50,771 nt of DNA, from the NCBI GenBank assembly GCA_027322505.1, contig DAHVRJ010000002.1, positions 1 to 50,771 of the forward strand. Direction: 5' to 3'. Shown piece by piece: positions 46,938 through 50,771 of the stretch (position 1 is its first letter; the number at the start of each line of letters is the position of its first letter). The translations under genes and the position numbers were made by a program. Source of the DNA: Demequinaceae bacterium (GTDB taxonomy: Bacteria > Actinomycetota > Actinomycetes > Actinomycetales > JAJYRW01). The notes under the pieces are model-generated. The model worked only from the letters and a program-made list of their open reading frames with translations, ran no database searches and was not told the origin of the DNA.

Positions 46938-47513
46938 GTGGATATTTTTGGAAGTGTCGCCGATGCTTCTGTCCGACCGGCCACCGCAGCAGATTCCGGC
47001 GCGATGGGTGAGGCCCAGTTACGATCCTGGCGTGACACCTTCGATGACAAGATTTCTGCTGAGACATTCGACCAGCTAGACGCAAACGGGCTCGCGGGGT
47101 CTTGGCGCAGCGCAATCTCACGCCCGCCCAGTGCCGCGCATCGGGTCTTCGTGGCCTGCGCCGGGCCGGCTGTGGTTGGCTTTGCGGCAGCCGCTCCCGC
47201 GCATTTTCAGCAAGATTCCGCGCAGCCTGATGCGGTGGAAATCGTGGCCCTAATTGTCGATCCGCCCCATCAGCGGGCCGGACATGGATCTCGATTATTA
47301 GCCGCTTGCGTCGATATGAGCGCTGAAGAATCCCCCCGCCACATCACCACCTGGATTTTGGACGGCGACGAGGCACGGGAGCGATTTTTCCGGCAGGCCG
47401 GTCTGCAGCCCGACGGGACGGCGCGGCGGCTGGCAATTGGGGCAACGCAGGTTCCAGAAAGACGCTGGTCGGCTACCCTAAGTAAGGGCGGCGGCTTGCC
47501 AGTAAGCGGGTAA
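46938..47513 (+). CDS. GNAT-family N-acetyltransferase
   Basis: VRPAT.AD, VVGFAA, L.VDPPHQRAGHGSRLLAA (acetyl-CoA loop), RFF..AG..PDG. Confidence 0.88.
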   Translation: MDIFGSVADASVRPATAADSGAMGEAQLRSWRDTFDDKISAETFDQLDANGLAGSWRSAISRPPSAAHRVFVACAGPAVVGFAAAAPAHFQQDSAQPDAVEIVALIVDPPHQRAGHGSRLLAACVDMSAEESPRHITTWILDGDEARERFFRQAGLQPDGTARRLAIGATQVPERRWSATLSKGGGLPVSG

Positions 47514-47544
47514 GCGTTCGTTTTGCCGGTACGCGGGTAAGCGT
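47496..47544. repeat. 27-bp-period duplication of the GNAT 3' end including its stop codon
   Basis: ttgccagtaagcgggtaagcgt (47496) / ttgccggtacgcgggtaagcgt (47523): LPVSG* then LPVRG*. Confidence 0.78.
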
Positions 47545-47577
47545 CAACTGCACCTGGTCAGGAGGCGGGCAACCGCT

Positions 47578-48336
47578 TCAGCTTCCGATTTCCAGCAACT
47601 GGTCTAGACCGACCGTTAGGCCCGGCTTGGAAGCAATCTGACGCACTGCAGCTAGGACGCCGGGCATAAAGCTGATGCGATCAAAAGAATCGGTGCGAAT
47701 CGTCAATTGCTCGCCGGGGCCGCCAAAGAGAATTTCTTCATGAGCCACTAAACCGCGCAGCCGCACCGAGTGAACTGGAACCCCCTCAATGGTGGCACCG
47801 CGCGCCCCGTCCAAAGACTGGCTCGTGGCATCGGGCATTTCTTTTAGGTTTGCTGCGCGGCGCGCATCGGCGATGCGTTGAGCTGTGTGGATGGCCGTGC
47901 CCGAAGGAGCATCTACCTTATCGGGATGGTGCAATTCGATGACCTCGGCCGATTCAAACCACTTGGCTGCCTGCTGGGCGAAATTCATCGCTAGAACCGC
48001 GGAAAGTGAAAAGTTAGGAGCAACTAATACGCCCACGTCAGTGCCGTTCAGTTGCTGCTCAATCCGGTTCAGCGCCGGTTCATCCCACCCGGTAGTGCCC
48101 ACGACCGCGTGAACGCCGGCTTCGATCAGCGCTTGGACGTTTGACTCGGTAACGGCAGGAACTGTGAAATCAACCGCTACATCTGCCCGCACCTGGGACA
48201 GCGTGGCAGCTACATCATCTTCGGCGTCTATTTCCGCGATAAGTTCCATGTCGCTGGCGCCTTGTACCGCGGCCACGACCTGGCTTCCCATGCGCCCGTG
48301 CGCTCCCAGTACGGCTACCTTGATTGGCTCAGACAC
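47578..48336 (-). CDS. dapB: 4-hydroxy-tetrahydrodipicolinate reductase
   Basis: GAHGRMG, VDFT, VVGTTG, APNFS, ELHHPDKVDAPSGTA, HSVRLRG, SFMPGV. Confidence 0.96.
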   Translation of the reverse strand: MSEPIKVAVLGAHGRMGSQVVAAVQGASDMELIAEIDAEDDVAATLSQVRADVAVDFTVPAVTESNVQALIEAGVHAVVGTTGWDEPALNRIEQQLNGTDVGVLVAPNFSLSAVLAMNFAQQAAKWFESAEVIELHHPDKVDAPSGTAIHTAQRIADARRAANLKEMPDATSQSLDGARGATIEGVPVHSVRLRGLVAHEEILFGGPGEQLTIRTDSFDRISFMPGVLAAVRQIASKPGLTVGLDQLLEIGS

Positions 48337-48366
48337 AGCTAATTCCCTTCGTAGTCGCGGCTCGGT

Positions 48367-49716
48367 CTAGTTTTCGGGCAGGCTGGCGACGTCTTCTTCA
48401 AATGGGCCCACGGCAGTCAAACTAAGCGGAGATTGGAAGAGATCGGCGGCCAATTCCACCACGTCAGCAGCGGTTACGGCGGCCGTTTCTTGTAAGACGG
48501 TTTCGATTGATGAAAGTTCTCCAAATACCAGTTCAGCGCGTCCGAGCCGACTCATGCGCGCCCCGGAATCTTCTAGTCCGAGTACCAGTCCCCCCGAAAC
48601 CTGGCCGATGGCATGGGAAAGTTCTTCATCGTCGACCCCAAATTCAATAAGCCGCTGCCATTCGGCGTGCAGCATTTCAGTTACGCGACCGGTATTGGCC
48701 GGCGCGCAACCGGCATAGAGCCCGAAGAGCCCGGAATCGGCATAGCCGGTGGAAAAAGAATGTACGGAATACGCAAGCCCGTGCTTTTCGCGAATTTCTT
48801 GAAAAAGGCGGCTGCTCATTCCGCCGCCCAGGACCGCGTGCAGCACTGAAAGGGCGTAACGACGCGGGTCGTTGGCAGCAATTCCCCGCCCGCCAATAAT
48901 GACGTTGGCCTGCTCCCCAGACCGCCGCACAGTAACCGTTGCCCCCGGTTGTATCTCGATGGGGCCATTGCTGTTGCGCCGCGAGCGCGGAGCGATGCGG
49001 GGGTGCATTTCCCAACCGCCCTGGTGCAATGCCGCCGTGACCAATTCACAGATTTGATCGTGATCAACCCCGCCCGCGGCCGTGATAACTAGCGCGGTGG
49101 AATCGTAATGCGACTGATAGTGGTCGCGAACGGTCGCAGCCAAGATGTGCTCAATATCGCGCGGTGTGCCCCCAATGGGAAGACCCAGTGGGTGCTGTCC
49201 GAATACCGAGTGGGAGAACTGTTCAAAAACCAGATCAGTCGGGTCATCGCTGTGCATGGCGAGTTCTTCGAGTATGACGCCTCGCTCCCGCTCAAACTCT
49301 TCTAAATCCAGCGCGGGCGAGGTGATCATGTCGCCAATAACATCGATGGCCATTGGAAGATCTTTATCGAGCACGCGAGCGAAGTAGCAGGTGGATTCCT
49401 TGCTCGTGGCCGCGTTCGCCTCCCCGCCGGCGGCGTCAAATGCGCGAGCAATATCACCAGCGGTGCGCCGCTGCGTACCTTTAAACAGCAGGTGTTCTAG
49501 GTAGTGGCTCGCCCCGCGCGACCCGGCCACCTCATCGCGAGAACCGACTGGAACCCACGCGCCCAGCGCCGCGGAACGCATGCCGGGGATCTTCTCGGTT
49601 ATGACCCGCACTCCCCCGGGCAGGATGGTACGGCGCAGAAGTGCGCCGCCATCCTGCTCCAGGGAAAGTTCACTTCCAGCAGATCCCGATGGGACAAGCG
49701 GTAGTTGGGTGGGCAC
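48367..49716 (-). CDS. M16-family zinc peptidase
   Basis: GSRDE, HYLEH (HxxEH), NAATSKE, LGGGMSSRLFQEIREKHGLAYSV; follows pnp; start moved to GTG 49716. Confidence 0.92.
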   Translation of the reverse strand: MPTQLPLVPSGSAGSELSLEQDGGALLRRTILPGGVRVITEKIPGMRSAALGAWVPVGSRDEVAGSRGASHYLEHLLFKGTQRRTAGDIARAFDAAGGEANAATSKESTCYFARVLDKDLPMAIDVIGDMITSPALDLEEFERERGVILEELAMHSDDPTDLVFEQFSHSVFGQHPLGLPIGGTPRDIEHILAATVRDHYQSHYDSTALVITAAGGVDHDQICELVTAALHQGGWEMHPRIAPRSRRNSNGPIEIQPGATVTVRRSGEQANVIIGGRGIAANDPRRYALSVLHAVLGGGMSSRLFQEIREKHGLAYSVHSFSTGYADSGLFGLYAGCAPANTGRVTEMLHAEWQRLIEFGVDDEELSHAIGQVSGGLVLGLEDSGARMSRLGRAELVFGELSSIETVLQETAAVTAADVVELAADLFQSPLSLTAVGPFEEDVASLPEN

Positions 49717-49717
49717 G

Positions 49718-50771
49718 TTAGTTTTCGTCACTGGTGGCTTGGGAAGAGTCCTCATCAGATTCTTCTTCGACCACGTGCAGCGACAGCTTGCCGCGCTGGT
49801 CAATTTCGGCGATTTCGACCTGGAGTTTTTGGCCGACCGAAAGTACGTCATCAACGTTTTCCACGCGCTTGCCACCCACGAGCTTGCGGATCTGCGTAAT
49901 GTGCAGCAGGCCGTCTTTACCCGGGGTTAGGGAAATGAAAGCCCCAAATGACGTCGTCTTAACAACGGTTCCCACGTAGCGCTCCCCGACTTCGGGTACG
50001 TGCGGGTTGGCAATGGCGTTTACCGCTGACCGCGCCGCCTCGGCCGAGGGACCGTCGGTGGCACCGATGTAAACCGTTCCGTCATCTTCAATTGAGATAT
50101 CGGCACCGGTGTCTTCTTGGATCTGGTTAATCATCTTGCCCTTGGGCCCGATAACTTCGCCGATCTTGTCAACCGGTACCTTCACCGCAATGACGCGCGG
50201 CGCAAAGGGCGACATTTCATCGGGGGTACCGATAGCGGAATTCATAACGCCCAAGATGTGCAGGCGAGCATCGCGCGCCTGTGCCAGCGCGCCGGTCAGG
50301 ACCGATGCGGGCAGGCCATCAAGTTTGGTGTCCAGCTGGATGGCGGTGATGAACTCGGAGGTTCCGGCGACCTTGAAATCCATGTCACCGAATGCGTCCT
50401 CCGCACCCAGGATGTCGGTCATTGCCGCAAAGCGCCGCTGGCCGTCTACCTCATCGGACACCAGGCCCATTGCGATTCCGGCTACCGGTGCTTTCAGCGG
50501 CACTCCAGCGTTGAGCATGGACAGCGTCGATGCGCACACCGATCCCATTGAGGTTGAGCCGTTGGATCCGAGCGCTTCCGATACCTGGCGGATGGCGTAG
50601 GGGAATTCCTCGCGGTTGGGAAGCACCGGCACCAGTGCTCGTTCGGCCAGGGCCCCGTGGCCAATTTCGCGGCGCTTGGGCGATCCCACACGTCCGGTTT
50701 CCCCGGTGGAGTACGGCGGGAAGTTGTAGTGGTGCATATACCGCTTATGCGTGTGAGGTGACAGCGAGTCA
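49718..50771 (-). CDS. pnp: Polyribonucleotide nucleotidyltransferase (5' part outside the window)
   Basis: [41 protein letters not shown] domain (IGPKGK) and S1 domain. Confidence 0.98.
   Translation of the reverse strand, partial: DSLSPHTHKRYMHHYNFPPYSTGETGRVGSPKRREIGHGALAERALVPVLPNREEFPYAIRQVSEALGSNGSTSMGSVCASTLSMLNAGVPLKAPVAGIAMGLVSDEVDGQRRFAAMTDILGAEDAFGDMDFKVAGTSEFITAIQLDTKLDGLPASVLTGALAQARDARLHILGVMNSAIGTPDEMSPFAPRVIAVKVPVDKIGEVIGPKGKMINQIQEDTGADISIEDDGTVYIGATDGPSAEAARSAVNAIANPHVPEVGERYVGTVVKTTSFGAFISLTPGKDGLLHITQIRKLVGGKRVENVDDVLSVGQKLQVEIAEIDQRGKLSLHVVEEESDEDSSQATSDEN

Noticed and set aside
1-50771. Numerous 60-230 aa antisense or alternative-frame ORFs, and any mobile, defence or RNA-gene content
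   Set aside because: The ORFs are shadows of GC-rich genes with no recognisable motifs. I saw no transposase, integrase, tRNA, rRNA or compositional island by eye.

Overview
Core-genome segment of a high-GC actinomycete (Micrococcales/Actinomycetales-like, judged from gene content and order). It holds about 40 intact housekeeping CDS: the front of the dcw cluster (mraZ-rsmH-ftsL-ftsI-murE-murF-mraY); a divergent MoxR/DUF58/transglutaminase operon; dinB, a PAC2 protein, a HelD-family ATPase, serA and an aldo-keto reductase; nrdR-nrdJ; lexA and a LysM division-inhibitor gene; ldh, a DinG-family helicase, hflX, miaA, miaB and rny; recX-recA; clgR-cinA-pgsA; ftsK; dapA-folA-thyA; dapB, an M16 peptidase and pnp. 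I found no mobile element, CRISPR array, tRNA/rRNA, intein or defence island, so I cannot claim a new multi-gene system. The best leads are non-coding. (i) An exact PafBC/RecA-NDp-type promoter (TGTCAG-N10-TACGAT) sits in leaderless position on thyA-folA, and the same motif precedes recA and lexA. (ii) The lexA/LysM pair appears inverted, so lexA points into nrdR-nrdJ. (iii) A phased array of DnaA-box-like sites overlaps tandem NrdR boxes before nrdR. (iv) MraZ-type repeats lie on the moxR promoter. (v) dapF, rnj and rimO are absent from their usual slots. (vi) There are recurrent 18-30 bp micro-duplications, two of which copy a gene's stop codon. Points (i)-(iii) suggest, by inference only, a link between DNA damage or replication and dNTP supply. 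All motifs were found by eye and synteny comparisons are from memory, so both need computational confirmation. Several CDS starts were moved from the ORF track using RBS or -10 evidence.
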